Shown piece after piece: positions 10,139 to 19,233 of a stretch of 64,000 nucleotides of DNA. A program made the translations under genes and the position numbers. Each line of letters opens with the position of its first letter. Position 1 is the stretch's first letter. The notes beneath the pieces are model-generated. The model was not told the origin of the DNA. It saw only the letters and a list, made by a program, of their open reading frames with translations, and ran no database searches. Source of the stretch: Bacteroidia bacterium (GTDB lineage Bacteria; Bacteroidota; Bacteroidia; AKYH767-A; OLB10); NCBI GenBank assembly GCA_035340715.1, contig DAOQTX010000001.1, forward strand, positions 7,894 to 71,893, read 5' to 3'.

Positions 10139-10146
10139 TATTTTTG
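10139..10146 (+). promoter_or_regulatory. Bacteroidetes -7 promoter element TAnnTTTG (TATTTTTG), ending 5 nt before the pgk ATG
   Basis: Exact match to the Bacteroidetes sigmaA -7 consensus TAnnTTTG. Its spacing implies a leaderless or near-leaderless pgk transcript. Confidence 0.35.
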
Positions 10147-10150
10147 CCAC

Positions 10151-11371
10151 ATGAAAACGATGAACGATATTTCTTTTGAAAATATAAAAGTGCTGATGAG
10201 AGTTGACTTCAATGTAGCATTGAACAAAACAGACCTAAGTATAACTGATGATAGTAGAATCAGAGCTGCGTTACCTTCGATCAACAAAATAATAAATGAT
10301 GGTGGGTCTTGTATACTTATGTCTCATTTAGGAAGACCCCTAAAAAAATTAAAAGAGGATGGCTCAATAGATTATAAAAAATATACGCTTAATCTTATAA
10401 CCGAGCGTTTGAGCCAACTGTGTGGCCGATCGGTTTTGTTTTCACAAGATTGCATTAGCGAAGAAGCAACAATAAAAGCAAGACAATTAAAGAATGGTGA
10501 GATTCTGCTTTTGGAGAATTTGCGTTTTCATCCTGAAGAAGAAAAAGGAAATGAAGAGTTCGCCCGCAAATTATCATCGTTGGGAAATTATTATGTAAAC
10601 GATGCTTTTGGAACTGCTCATCGTCAACATGCCTCAACATCTGTCATTGCTCAATTTTTTAAAGGTAAATGTTGTGCCGGTCTTTTAATGGCAGCTGAAA
10701 TCGAAAATGCAGAAAAAGTAATGTTGCATAGTACACGACCCTTTACGGCTATAGTAGGCGGAGCAAAAGTGTCGGATAAAATTTTAATCATCGAAAACCT
10801 AATGAATAAAGCGGATAACATTATTATTGGTGGCGGTATGATGTTTACTTTTTTAAAAGCTTTAGGTCATGAAATCGGTACTTCTATTTGCGAAGAGGAT
10901 AAAGTTGATTTAGCCATGCACTTATTAAATAAGGCAAAGGAGAAGGGAGTAAACCTAATGTTACCTAAAGATGCTGTGTTGGCAGATGCTTTTGACAACA
11001 ACGCAAAAACTATGATTAAAAAAACCGATCAAATTGAAAGCGGTTGGATGGGTTTGGATATTGGACCTGAAAGTATATCAGAATTCTCCAATGTAATTAA
11101 TCAGTCTGCTACTATTTTATGGAATGGACCCATGGGAGTTTTTGAAATGACTGCTTTCGAAAACGGAACTAAATCTGTTGCTAATGCTATTGCATCGGCT
11201 TCTTCAAATGGATCATATAGTTTAATAGGTGGAGGTGATTCTGCAGCCGCTATAAAAAAATTCAGATTGGAAGATAAAGTGAATTATGTTAGCACTGGCG
11301 GAGGAGCTTTACTGGAGTATTTTGAAGGGAAAGAACTTCCGGGAATCAGTTTCCTAAATCGGTATGAATAA
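10151..11371 (+). CDS. pgk: Phosphoglycerate kinase
   Basis: Full-length PGK. N-terminal substrate-binding motif (MRVDFNVAL). Nucleotide-binding region (GGGMMFTFLKA...STGGGALLE). Confidence 0.9.
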   Translation: MKTMNDISFENIKVLMRVDFNVALNKTDLSITDDSRIRAALPSINKIINDGGSCILMSHLGRPLKKLKEDGSIDYKKYTLNLITERLSQLCGRSVLFSQDCISEEATIKARQLKNGEILLLENLRFHPEEEKGNEEFARKLSSLGNYYVNDAFGTAHRQHASTSVIAQFFKGKCCAGLLMAAEIENAEKVMLHSTRPFTAIVGGAKVSDKILIIENLMNKADNIIIGGGMMFTFLKALGHEIGTSICEEDKVDLAMHLLNKAKEKGVNLMLPKDAVLADAFDNNAKTMIKKTDQIESGWMGLDIGPESISEFSNVINQSATILWNGPMGVFEMTAFENGTKSVANAIASASSNGSYSLIGGGDSAAAIKKFRLEDKVNYVSTGGGALLEYFEGKELPGISFLNRYE

Positions 11372-11373
11372 TC

Positions 11374-11892
11374 CTAAGGGCTTACTTCACCAACTTTTTC
11401 ATTAAACTCATTTTGTACATCTGTTATGGCCGGTTTAATCATACTGGCAATCTTCAGAATCTTGTCGTACAAAACCGATTCTTCTTTAGTGGATTGGTTG
11501 ATAAAATTCCAATAGGGTTCAACCGTTTTTAACATCCATAGAAAGATACTCAAGACTATTCCAAATTTAATCAGTCCAAAGAGACCTCCTGCCAATTTGT
11601 TGGTCCAATTCAGCGTCATTGCTTTTAATGCTGATTCGAACAACTTAGCTAAAAGAACCATGATGGTGATGATAATCACCAAAACCAATAAGAAGCTGAT
11701 AAATGCTAGCACTTTTTTATTGTCCGAAATACTCGAGATTAGAGCAGATACCCAATCGGTGAACTTAAATCCAAAATAAATTCCAAGTACTACCCCTATG
11801 ATCATAGCAACCTCATACAAAATTCCCTTTTGCATTCCCTTTATAAAACCAATAACCAAAGGAATCGCTAATATAAGATCGAGTATATTCAT
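11374..11892 (-). CDS. cvpA: CvpA family membrane protein (colicin V production protein-like)
   Basis: 172 aa with four TM helices. The N-terminus (MNILDLILAIPLVIGFIKG) is typical of CvpA. Confidence 0.65.
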   Translation of the reverse strand: MNILDLILAIPLVIGFIKGMQKGILYEVAMIIGVVLGIYFGFKFTDWVSALISSISDNKKVLAFISFLLVLVIIITIMVLLAKLFESALKAMTLNWTNKLAGGLFGLIKFGIVLSIFLWMLKTVEPYWNFINQSTKEESVLYDKILKIASMIKPAITDVQNEFNEKVGEVSP

Positions 11893-11967
11893 AAATATTA
11901 TAGGTGAAGATAATTACCGCTTCGAAGAAAAAAACGGGGATAAAGAAAAGATGATAAAATTGAATTG

Positions 11968-13104
11968 TTAATAGACCGTAGAAAATCCTTTTTGCTTAGC
12001 CTGAATTTCCAAATTCAATATTGTCGTGCCAAACAAAGTGCTGCTGAGTTCATTCTTATTTTCTCTGTAATACTCATTCAAATGCTTCTGCCGATCGTAG
12101 GGTAGTAGTTTTCGCATTTCTCTTATCGTTCGTAGTCTCCTTTCTTTAATTGCTAATACTGTTTTGTAGAGTTCATCTGTGTTTTTATTCTTCAAAGAAT
12201 CAGGTAGGAGTTCACCGGGTATGTCTTCGAGTGATTTTCTTGAACTCATGATAAAATCAACTAAGTCAACATCCTTAAATCGATTTTGAAATTTATCTGA
12301 CAATTTATAAAACATTCTCGACTCCATTGAAGCCCGGCCAGCAGAGCCGGCCTTCTTATCTAACTCCGTTAAACTTTTATAAAAATCATTTCCCAAATCC
12401 CCATAGGGTATATAGGTTTCATTTAACTGCTGATTTAATATATGTAGCTTTTCATATTCAACATTTGAAAGAAAATTCATCGGTATGGCTTTGTGGATTT
12501 TAATTTCATGTAAAGTGGTTTGATGAATTTCTGCTATGTGCATCCATCCAGATATTTCTTTCAGTTTATTATTGGCCTTATCGCAATAAACCGGAACCAT
12601 TGTAATTCCCTTTTGCCTAGCCAACTCAGTTGCTTCTGCATAATCTACGCTTCCTGTGTTGACCAAACCGTTACCAACCAAAAACAAAAGTCGAATATCG
12701 TTATCATTTTGAGACCATTGAATTTGTTTTACACATTCGAGTATTGCGTTCCCAACAAATTGATCTCCTTTTTCAACAAAGGGTTTCAGATCATGTAGTT
12801 GATTTTGAATTCTTTCAAAATCATTTGTCAAATCTGACAATACACTTACGTAATGATTTTTTTTTCCAAAACTAGGCCGAGCAAATCCAACCATCCCAAT
12901 TCTAACTTTCGGTTCTGGACGTATGGAGGATGAATAATTTAATATGTCATATATGTGATCGCGCAAATCATCTATAAGTCCATTGGTACTTCCACTTAGA
13001 TCCATTGAAAAAACTATATCCAGATCTTGTGCTTTACTTTTGAACCCAAAACTTGAGAGAAATAAAATTGTATAAAATATGCAGCTAAGGCGTCTGAAAT
13101 TCAT
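11968..13104 (-). CDS. Secreted von Willebrand factor A (VWA) domain protein with an unknown C-terminal domain
   Basis: Signal peptide. MIDAS motif DxSxS (DLSGST). Rossmann-like VWA fold over about 190 aa, followed by about 190 aa of charged helical sequence. Confidence 0.6.
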   Translation of the reverse strand: MNFRRLSCIFYTILFLSSFGFKSKAQDLDIVFSMDLSGSTNGLIDDLRDHIYDILNYSSSIRPEPKVRIGMVGFARPSFGKKNHYVSVLSDLTNDFERIQNQLHDLKPFVEKGDQFVGNAILECVKQIQWSQNDNDIRLLFLVGNGLVNTGSVDYAEATELARQKGITMVPVYCDKANNKLKEISGWMHIAEIHQTTLHEIKIHKAIPMNFLSNVEYEKLHILNQQLNETYIPYGDLGNDFYKSLTELDKKAGSAGRASMESRMFYKLSDKFQNRFKDVDLVDFIMSSRKSLEDIPGELLPDSLKNKNTDELYKTVLAIKERRLRTIREMRKLLPYDRQKHLNEYYRENKNELSSTLFGTTILNLEIQAKQKGFSTVY

Positions 13105-13167
13105 GTGCCGAAATATATTAAATCTATAAAGTTAATCAGATGAAATATCAATGGGTTCGTATATAAA

Positions 13168-13554
13168 TTGTCAACAAGGAGATTATATGACTACATTTGC
13201 ATCATGTTTGAAACCTATGAAATAACTAAAGAAAAATGGAAGACCCTTGTAAAAGTCTTATCGGATAAATTTGGAATAGAACCCGATTTGCAAGCAGTTT
13301 TGTTTTTAATAGGTGTTCAAGAATTAGGTGCAGGACCAATAAACTATTCTCGATTTGAAAAACAGGATTTGATTCATGTTGCTGTTTGCAAATTACTCAG
13401 TAGCGCGGGTTACTACGAATTGAAATATACTGATAACGAAGGTTGGCCACATTACGATCATATCAAACAAATTCCTCAAATGAAATTGGGAGAGCAAGAT
13501 TTGCTGCTTAAGGAGATGGCCATTAAATATTTTAATGCATTAGATCTTATTTGA
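13168..13554 (+). CDS. Hypothetical protein (128 aa)
   Basis: ORF with normal composition and no recognisable motif. Start uncertain (internal Met at MFETYEITKEKW). Confidence 0.3.
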   Translation: MSTRRLYDYICIMFETYEITKEKWKTLVKVLSDKFGIEPDLQAVLFLIGVQELGAGPINYSRFEKQDLIHVAVCKLLSSAGYYELKYTDNEGWPHYDHIKQIPQMKLGEQDLLLKEMAIKYFNALDLI

Positions 13555-13906
13555 TCACTACTACCTTATCCACTTGTTTTGACTGTTCTAGGCGTATATA
13601 ATCGCTAGCGGATAGATTTCCTTTACTTGCCTCAATATTTAAAACTGCTTCCCATTGAACAGAGAAAAACACCTGTCCACCTGAATCGGTTGTTTTTTGA
13701 AGATTGATATTGGCCTGTGCACCAGTACCTGGATTTACTACACTATCCTGGCGAAGTACAACAGTAGCACCAGATACGGGCTTGCCTAAGGTGTCCCTAA
13801 CAGTAATTAATGCATCAGCTGGTCCTGTCTTTTTACATGAAAACAGGGTGAAAGCAAGCAAAAAAGCGAACAAAGTGAGTAGAGAAAACCGTTTAAAAAA
13901 TCTCAT
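13547..13906 (-). CDS. Small secreted lipoprotein, hypothetical. Possible carboxypeptidase-regulatory-like beta-sandwich.
   Basis: Signal peptide with lipobox-like LFSC. Beta-rich segment (ITVRDTLGKPVSGATVVLRQD). Confidence 0.4.
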   Translation of the reverse strand: MRFFKRFSLLTLFAFLLAFTLFSCKKTGPADALITVRDTLGKPVSGATVVLRQDSVVNPGTGAQANINLQKTTDSGGQVFFSVQWEAVLNIEASKGNLSASDYIRLEQSKQVDKVVVIK

Positions 13907-13983
13907 GTTGAACGGAATTTATTATTATTGCAATAATTAAACATAACCGTATTGCAGTAATACAAAATTAAACTAATTGAAAT

Positions 13984-14652
13984 ATGAAAAAAACAATTTT
14001 TGTGTTATTTCTTGCATTTATAATGCCTTTTGCATCTAATTCTCAAAATTCAAAAATGGACTCAAATTCTACATCCACTAAAGTTGAAATTCAAACCGAC
14101 CTTGGAGCAATGACTTTTAAGCTTTACAATGAGACTCCTCAACACAGAGACAACTTTATAAAACTTATTAATGAAGGTTTCTATAATGGAACATTGTTTC
14201 ATAGGGTCATTAAAAATTTCATGATACAAGGTGGCGATCCCGATTCAAAAAATGCGGTTAGTGGCAAAGCATTGGGAATGGGTGATGTTGGATATACCGT
14301 TCCAGCAGAAATGAAGCCTGAATTGATTCATAAAAAAGGAACCCTTTGTGCAGCAAGAACTGAAAATCCGGCTAAAGCCAGCAGTGGTTGTCAGTTTTAT
14401 ATTTCGCAAGGAAAGGTCTACAGCGAATCAGAACTTAATGCCTTTGGCTCCAGAATGGGAAAAACCATGAGTGCTGATCAAATAAAAGCGTATACTAGTA
14501 CAGGCGGAATTCCTCATTTAGATGGAGGATATACCGTATTTGGAGAGATGATTTCAGGATTTGATGTCTTAGATAAAATTGCGGTAGTAGCCACCGATCC
14601 AAGAGATCGACCTTTGCAGGACGTAAAGATGACCATCAAAGTAATCAAGTAA
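13984..14652 (+). CDS. ppiB: Periplasmic cyclophilin-type peptidyl-prolyl cis-trans isomerase
   Basis: Signal peptide. Cyclophilin signature (FHRVIKNFMIQGGDP). Confidence 0.85.
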   Translation: MKKTIFVLFLAFIMPFASNSQNSKMDSNSTSTKVEIQTDLGAMTFKLYNETPQHRDNFIKLINEGFYNGTLFHRVIKNFMIQGGDPDSKNAVSGKALGMGDVGYTVPAEMKPELIHKKGTLCAARTENPAKASSGCQFYISQGKVYSESELNAFGSRMGKTMSADQIKAYTSTGGIPHLDGGYTVFGEMISGFDVLDKIAVVATDPRDRPLQDVKMTIKVIK

Positions 14653-14672
14653 TTAATCTATTATTATTCAAT

Positions 14673-14708
14673 TGAAGCGCTGAATATTTCTTCAGCGCTT
14701 TTTATTTT
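14673..14708 (+). terminator. Rho-independent terminator downstream of the cyclophilin gene
   Basis: Hairpin GAAGCGCTGAA-TATTTC-TTCAGCGCTT followed by TTTTATTTT. Confidence 0.55.
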
Positions 14709-14728
14709 AATACTGTATTTTTGCACGC

Positions 14729-15745
14729 ATGACTAATGATGTAAAAGAACTAATTCGCGAAGTGGAATCTTTTTCTCCAAGCAATGCTGAAGAATTAGAA
14801 CAATTCAGACTAAAGTTTTTAAGCAAAAAAGGAGTCATGAACGATCTGTTTTCAAAAATGAAACAGGCATCTCCTGATCAAAAAAGGGAATTGGGGCAGG
14901 TGATAAACGAACTAAAGCAAAAATCAGAAGCAGCTTATCAATCATTTAAAGAAGAACAAGGTCAAGCGGATCAAACAAACATTGACTTTGATTATACTTT
15001 ACCTGGTGTACCTCAACAGTATGGCAGCCAACATCCGGTCTCTTTAGTACGACAACAAATCCTATCTATATTTTCTAAGCTTGGATATGGAGTTTCAGAC
15101 GGCCCTGAAATGGAAGACGATTGGCATAATTTTACAGCACTTAATTTTCCACCTGAGCATCCTGCGCGCGACATGCAGGATACGTTTTTTGTCCAAGGAG
15201 ATCAGTTTGCACTTCGCACACACACTTCATCCGTACAAATAAGAGTATTGGAATCCTGCAAACCTCCGGTGAGACTATTAGCACCGGGCCGTGTGTATAG
15301 AAATGAAGCGATATCAGCCAGAGCACATTGTTTATTCCACCAAGTGGAAGGATTTTATGTTGATCGAAAAGTTTCCTTCGCTGATCTGAAATATGACTTA
15401 CTTTTTTTTGCTCGCGAAATGTTTGGCGAACAATCACAAATTCGATTACGACCTTCCTACTTTCCTTTTACAGAACCTTCGGCCGAAATTGATGTAAGTT
15501 GTAATCTATGTGAAGGGAAAGGATGTACGGTATGCAAACACAGTGGCTGGTTAGAAATTTTAGGATGCGGTATGATACACCCGGAAGTGCTTAAAAATGT
15601 TGGAATAGATGCTTCGGAATATTCTGGTTTTGCTTTTGGGATGGGAGTTGAGCGAATCGCGATGCTCAAATATGGAATTAGCGATTTAAGAGTCTTTTTT
15701 GAAAACGATATTCGATTTCTGAAACAGTTTAGGTTTGAGCAGTAA
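14729..15745 (+). CDS. pheS: Phenylalanine--tRNA ligase alpha subunit
   Basis: Class II aaRS motifs (FPPEHPARDMQDTFF, FPFTEPSAEIDV, GFAFGMGVERIAML). Confidence 0.9.
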   Translation: MTNDVKELIREVESFSPSNAEELEQFRLKFLSKKGVMNDLFSKMKQASPDQKRELGQVINELKQKSEAAYQSFKEEQGQADQTNIDFDYTLPGVPQQYGSQHPVSLVRQQILSIFSKLGYGVSDGPEMEDDWHNFTALNFPPEHPARDMQDTFFVQGDQFALRTHTSSVQIRVLESCKPPVRLLAPGRVYRNEAISARAHCLFHQVEGFYVDRKVSFADLKYDLLFFAREMFGEQSQIRLRPSYFPFTEPSAEIDVSCNLCEGKGCTVCKHSGWLEILGCGMIHPEVLKNVGIDASEYSGFAFGMGVERIAMLKYGISDLRVFFENDIRFLKQFRFEQ

Positions 15746-15750
15746 CCTGC

Positions 15751-17106
15751 TTAAACTCCTTCTTCATTATGTGTCAAGGGTTGACGTGTTACCTTGACTC
15801 TTTTAATTCTTCGTTTATCAGAAGACTCAATAGTAAATAATATATTTTTAAAATTGATTTGCTCTAATCGAAGAGGAATTCTTCCTTCTAATTCTAAAAT
15901 CAATCCGGCCAAAGTATCTGTCTCTCCATCTATGGTATCAAACATATTTTCATCCAACTCCATTACCTTACACATATCGTTAATTAAGATCTTAGCCTCA
16001 AAAACATAGTTATCATCATCCAATTTTGAGTAAAGAATTTCTTCATCGTCAAATTCATCGGTCATTTCACCTACAATTTCTTCCAACACATCTTCAAGCG
16101 TTATGAGGCCTTGAGTCGATCCATATTCATCTACCACTATGGCCATATGAACTTTCTTAGATTTAAACTCTTGTAACAAATCATTAATTTTCTTGCTCTC
16201 CGGTACTATAAACGTTTTGCGCAATAAGCTTTGCCAATTAAAACTATGATCATTACTAATGTGTTTAACCAAGTCCTTGCTATACAAGATGCCCGCTACA
16301 TTATCCAAGTCTTTTTCATATACAGGTATGCGACTATAACCTGAATCTTGAATCACTTTTATCACGCGTTCAAACGAATCGTTGAGCCGTAGTGCCACGA
16401 TATCAGGTTTGTATTTCATTATCTGCTTTACATCTATGTCTGAAAAACGAACAATCCCTTTAAGAATTTTCTTCTCTTCTTTTGGTGTTGTTTCATCCGA
16501 TGCAATTTCAATGGCATGAGTAAGTTCAGCCATTGTAACTTGATATCCTTTCTTTTTCATTCTACCTTCAATCAGATCTGTACTTTTCATTAATACGACT
16601 GAAAAAGGGCTTAAAAGTTTGTCCACAACAAATATGAAATATGATAACATACGTGCTACCCGAACATTTCTTTTGGTGGCCAATACTTTTGGTGTTACTT
16701 CACCAAAAATCACAAGCACGAAAGTCACCAATACTACTTCTAATAAGAAAGCAAGCAATGCATTATTTTCAAAATCAAAAACATTACTAATAAAAAGGGA
16801 AGTGGTAAGAATGATGGATATATTTACGAAGGTGTTTCCAATTAATAATACTGCCAACAAACGCTTGGGCTTTGACAATAGTTGCAATACCAAATGATCA
16901 TTTTTTGAATCACTATTTCGAAGTAGATTAAGCTGATTTGGATTCAATGAAAAGAAGGCAACTTCAGAACCACTAAACATACCCGACAGACATAATAATA
17001 TTGGAATACATAGCAGCAGAACTATGTTTTGAAGTTCCAACAAACTTGCTGAGTTGATTAAGAGAAGGGTTGTAAATGTTAAACTATCCGGGTCGGCAGC
17101 GTCCAA
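15751..17106 (-). CDS. gldE: GldE-like CNNM/CorC-HlyC family membrane protein (DUF21, CBS pair, CorC_HlyC)
   Basis: DUF21 TM region, CBS pair and CorC_HlyC C-terminal domain. Encoded directly downstream of mutY and ssb, the arrangement recalled for gldE in Flavobacterium johnsoniae. Confidence 0.6.
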   Translation of the reverse strand: MDAADPDSLTFTTLLLINSASLLELQNIVLLLCIPILLCLSGMFSGSEVAFFSLNPNQLNLLRNSDSKNDHLVLQLLSKPKRLLAVLLIGNTFVNISIILTTSLFISNVFDFENNALLAFLLEVVLVTFVLVIFGEVTPKVLATKRNVRVARMLSYFIFVVDKLLSPFSVVLMKSTDLIEGRMKKKGYQVTMAELTHAIEIASDETTPKEEKKILKGIVRFSDIDVKQIMKYKPDIVALRLNDSFERVIKVIQDSGYSRIPVYEKDLDNVAGILYSKDLVKHISNDHSFNWQSLLRKTFIVPESKKINDLLQEFKSKKVHMAIVVDEYGSTQGLITLEDVLEEIVGEMTDEFDDEEILYSKLDDDNYVFEAKILINDMCKVMELDENMFDTIDGETDTLAGLILELEGRIPLRLEQINFKNILFTIESSDKRRIKRVKVTRQPLTHNEEGV

Positions 17107-17157
17107 GTTCTAAGTGTGTTTCGTTATGGGAGACAAAAATAATAAGTTTAAAATAAT

Positions 17158-17185
17158 AAAGGGTGCGAAAATTCGCACCCTTTAT
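17158..17185 (-). terminator. Rho-independent terminator downstream of ssb
   Basis: Hairpin AAAGGGTGCGAA-AATT-CGCACCCTTTAT located 19 nt after the ssb stop. Flanked by A/T runs. Confidence 0.5.
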
Positions 17186-17203
17186 AGATTTTTAAGGAAA
17201 GGA

Positions 17204-17623
17204 CTAAAACGGAAGGTCATCCGATGGCCCACCAGCATTAGCTTCACTCGTTTCTTTTTCATCCGATGAGCTGTTGCTTGAATAGTCATCGTTTTTACGA
17301 GTCAAAATAGTAAGATTCTCGCCATTTATTTCGGTCATGTATTTTTTATTCCCGTCTTTGTCTTCCCAACTTCTGGTTTTAATTTTACCCTCAATAAAAA
17401 CAAGCATTCCTTTCTTAAGATATTTCTCCGCAACTTCAGCAAGTCCACGCCAAAGTACAATATTATGCCATTCGGTATTATCTACTTTTTGGCCATCGCG
17501 ATTTTTATACGTTTCAGATGTTGCTAAGGGAAATTTAGCTACCGGAATATTTCCATCCACATACTTTACTTCTGGGTCTTTTCCCAAGTTTCCAATTAAA
17601 ATTACTTTGTTGATTCCTGACAT
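17204..17623 (-). CDS. ssb: Single-stranded DNA-binding protein
   Basis: OB-fold N-terminus (INKVILIGNLGKDPEVKY...WHNIVLW). Acidic C-terminal tail ending DDLPF. Confidence 0.85.
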   Translation of the reverse strand: MSGINKVILIGNLGKDPEVKYVDGNIPVAKFPLATSETYKNRDGQKVDNTEWHNIVLWRGLAEVAEKYLKKGMLVFIEGKIKTRSWEDKDGNKKYMTEINGENLTILTRKNDDYSSNSSSDEKETSEANAGGPSDDLPF

Positions 17624-17716
17624 GATTTATTTATTTATTGATTCTCTTTCTTGTTCTATGAAACGAAGATAATAAGATGCTTCCGATTAAAATAATGAAA
17701 ATAAAAAATGGCACTT

Positions 17717-18778
17717 TTACACCCCATTTATAGGGGGCAATAGTGCCACAATTGCTTGCTTTATTGGTACCGGGAAAGGAAATTTTTGCAAATCCTTGAT
17801 CGGAACAAGCTGATAATCACCTTGTATCGATTTTATTTCCTCTATTTTTTGCTTTAAAAAAAATATTTCAAGTTTCTGATGAGAAAGCAGGTGTTTTTTG
17901 TGCAATATCATCTTATCCTTTAACGGAGCAATCGAATATCCTGCAAATGAAAGCTCTTCTACTTGTTTACGATTTAATTTGATTTTGCTTTCCACCAAAG
18001 GTAACTGATACAGTTGCCTCCATATATCACCCATTGATCTTTTCTGTACTATCACTTTTTGTTTATGAATCAGAAAAGCGTAATAAAAATACCTGACCAC
18101 TTTCTTTAGTTTTTGTTGCTTAGCTGGGAATTGATCGGTTTGGTTTTTTTGAAATGCAAAACATTTAGAATTCACCGGACATTCGCTGCACAAAGGACTT
18201 TTTGGACTACAAACTAATGCTCCTATCTCCATGAGTGCTTGATTGTGAAGTCCTGCTTGTTCTGGATGAATCAACAAGTCGGCTTTTTCTTGAATCAATT
18301 TCTGCAACTTTGGCCGATTCTTCTCCTTTACACCAAAAAACCGAGATAAAACCCTAATAACATTTCCATCCACAGCCGCATGCTTTTGATTAAATGCAAT
18401 GGAGCATATTGCTGCAGCTGTATAAGGTCCCACTCCATTCAATTTTAACCAATCAACATACTTGCGTGGGAAAATCCCATTTTCATTTTTATATATATGC
18501 TGTGCTGCTTTTTGTAAATTAATTGCCCTGGAGTAATATCCCAACCCCTGCCATAATTGGAGCACATCTTTTTCGCTGGCCAATGCAAGCTTTTTCACAT
18601 TTGGAAATGCTTTGATAAACTTATTATAATAAGGCAATCCTTGCTCAATTCGAGTTTGTTGGAATATAATTTCTGAAATCCAAATATGATAAGGCTGCTT
18701 TGTTTCTCTAAATGGAAGCCTGCGATGGTTGATTTTGTACCACTTTATTATTGATCGACTAAACCATAATTTTTGCAT
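17717..18778 (-). CDS. mutY: A/G-specific adenine DNA glycosylase
   Basis: HhH-GPD domain. 4Fe-4S cluster loop (CSPKSPLCSECPVNSKC). C-terminal NUDIX-like domain. Confidence 0.85.
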   Translation of the reverse strand: MQKLWFSRSIIKWYKINHRRLPFRETKQPYHIWISEIIFQQTRIEQGLPYYNKFIKAFPNVKKLALASEKDVLQLWQGLGYYSRAINLQKAAQHIYKNENGIFPRKYVDWLKLNGVGPYTAAAICSIAFNQKHAAVDGNVIRVLSRFFGVKEKNRPKLQKLIQEKADLLIHPEQAGLHNQALMEIGALVCSPKSPLCSECPVNSKCFAFQKNQTDQFPAKQQKLKKVVRYFYYAFLIHKQKVIVQKRSMGDIWRQLYQLPLVESKIKLNRKQVEELSFAGYSIAPLKDKMILHKKHLLSHQKLEIFFLKQKIEEIKSIQGDYQLVPIKDLQKFPFPVPIKQAIVALLPPINGV

Positions 18779-18852
18779 ATATGTTTACAAAAATAAAAGA
18801 TGCATGTGATTGATTATTAAAATTTTAGTTTTATTTGATAGAACAAAAAATA

Positions 18853-18860
18853 TATCTTTG
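18853..18860 (+). promoter_or_regulatory. Bacteroidetes -7 promoter element (TATCTTTG) upstream of the HU gene
   Basis: Matches TAnnTTTG, 32 nt upstream of the ATG at 18892. Confidence 0.4.
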
Positions 18861-18891
18861 CCCCGCTATTTAATAGAAGTACAGTAATAAA

Positions 18892-19221
18892 ATGACGAAA
18901 GCTGAATTAGTTGCAGAAGTATCTGCTAAAACCGGAATAGAGAAAATAATTGTTCAACAAACTGTTGAGTCAATGATGAAAGTTATTAAGAATTCATTGG
19001 CGCAAAACCGTAATGTTTACTTGAGAGGCTTTGGCAGTTTTATCGTTAAAAAAAGAGCTCAGAAAACCGGAAGAATTATCACTAAGAATACTACCATCAT
19101 CATTCCAGAACATTATATCCCTGCGTTTAAACCGGCTAAAGTGTTTATCGACAAAATAAAAAATGCCACTAGCAAGCCAATCAGTTCAACTCCTCCTCCC
19201 AATAATCCTTTTTCGAGTTGA
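18892..19221 (+). CDS. hup: HU/IHF family DNA-binding protein
   Basis: Classic HU fold sequence (MTKAELVAEVSAKTG...RGFGSF...GRNPKTG-like arm). Confidence 0.85.
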   Translation: MTKAELVAEVSAKTGIEKIIVQQTVESMMKVIKNSLAQNRNVYLRGFGSFIVKKRAQKTGRIITKNTTIIIPEHYIPAFKPAKVFIDKIKNATSKPISSTPPPNNPFSS

Positions 19222-19233
19222 GTATAAAATTAA

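Noticed and set aside
12520-12798. Plus-strand ORF 12520..12798
   Set aside because: Antisense to the VWA-domain gene.
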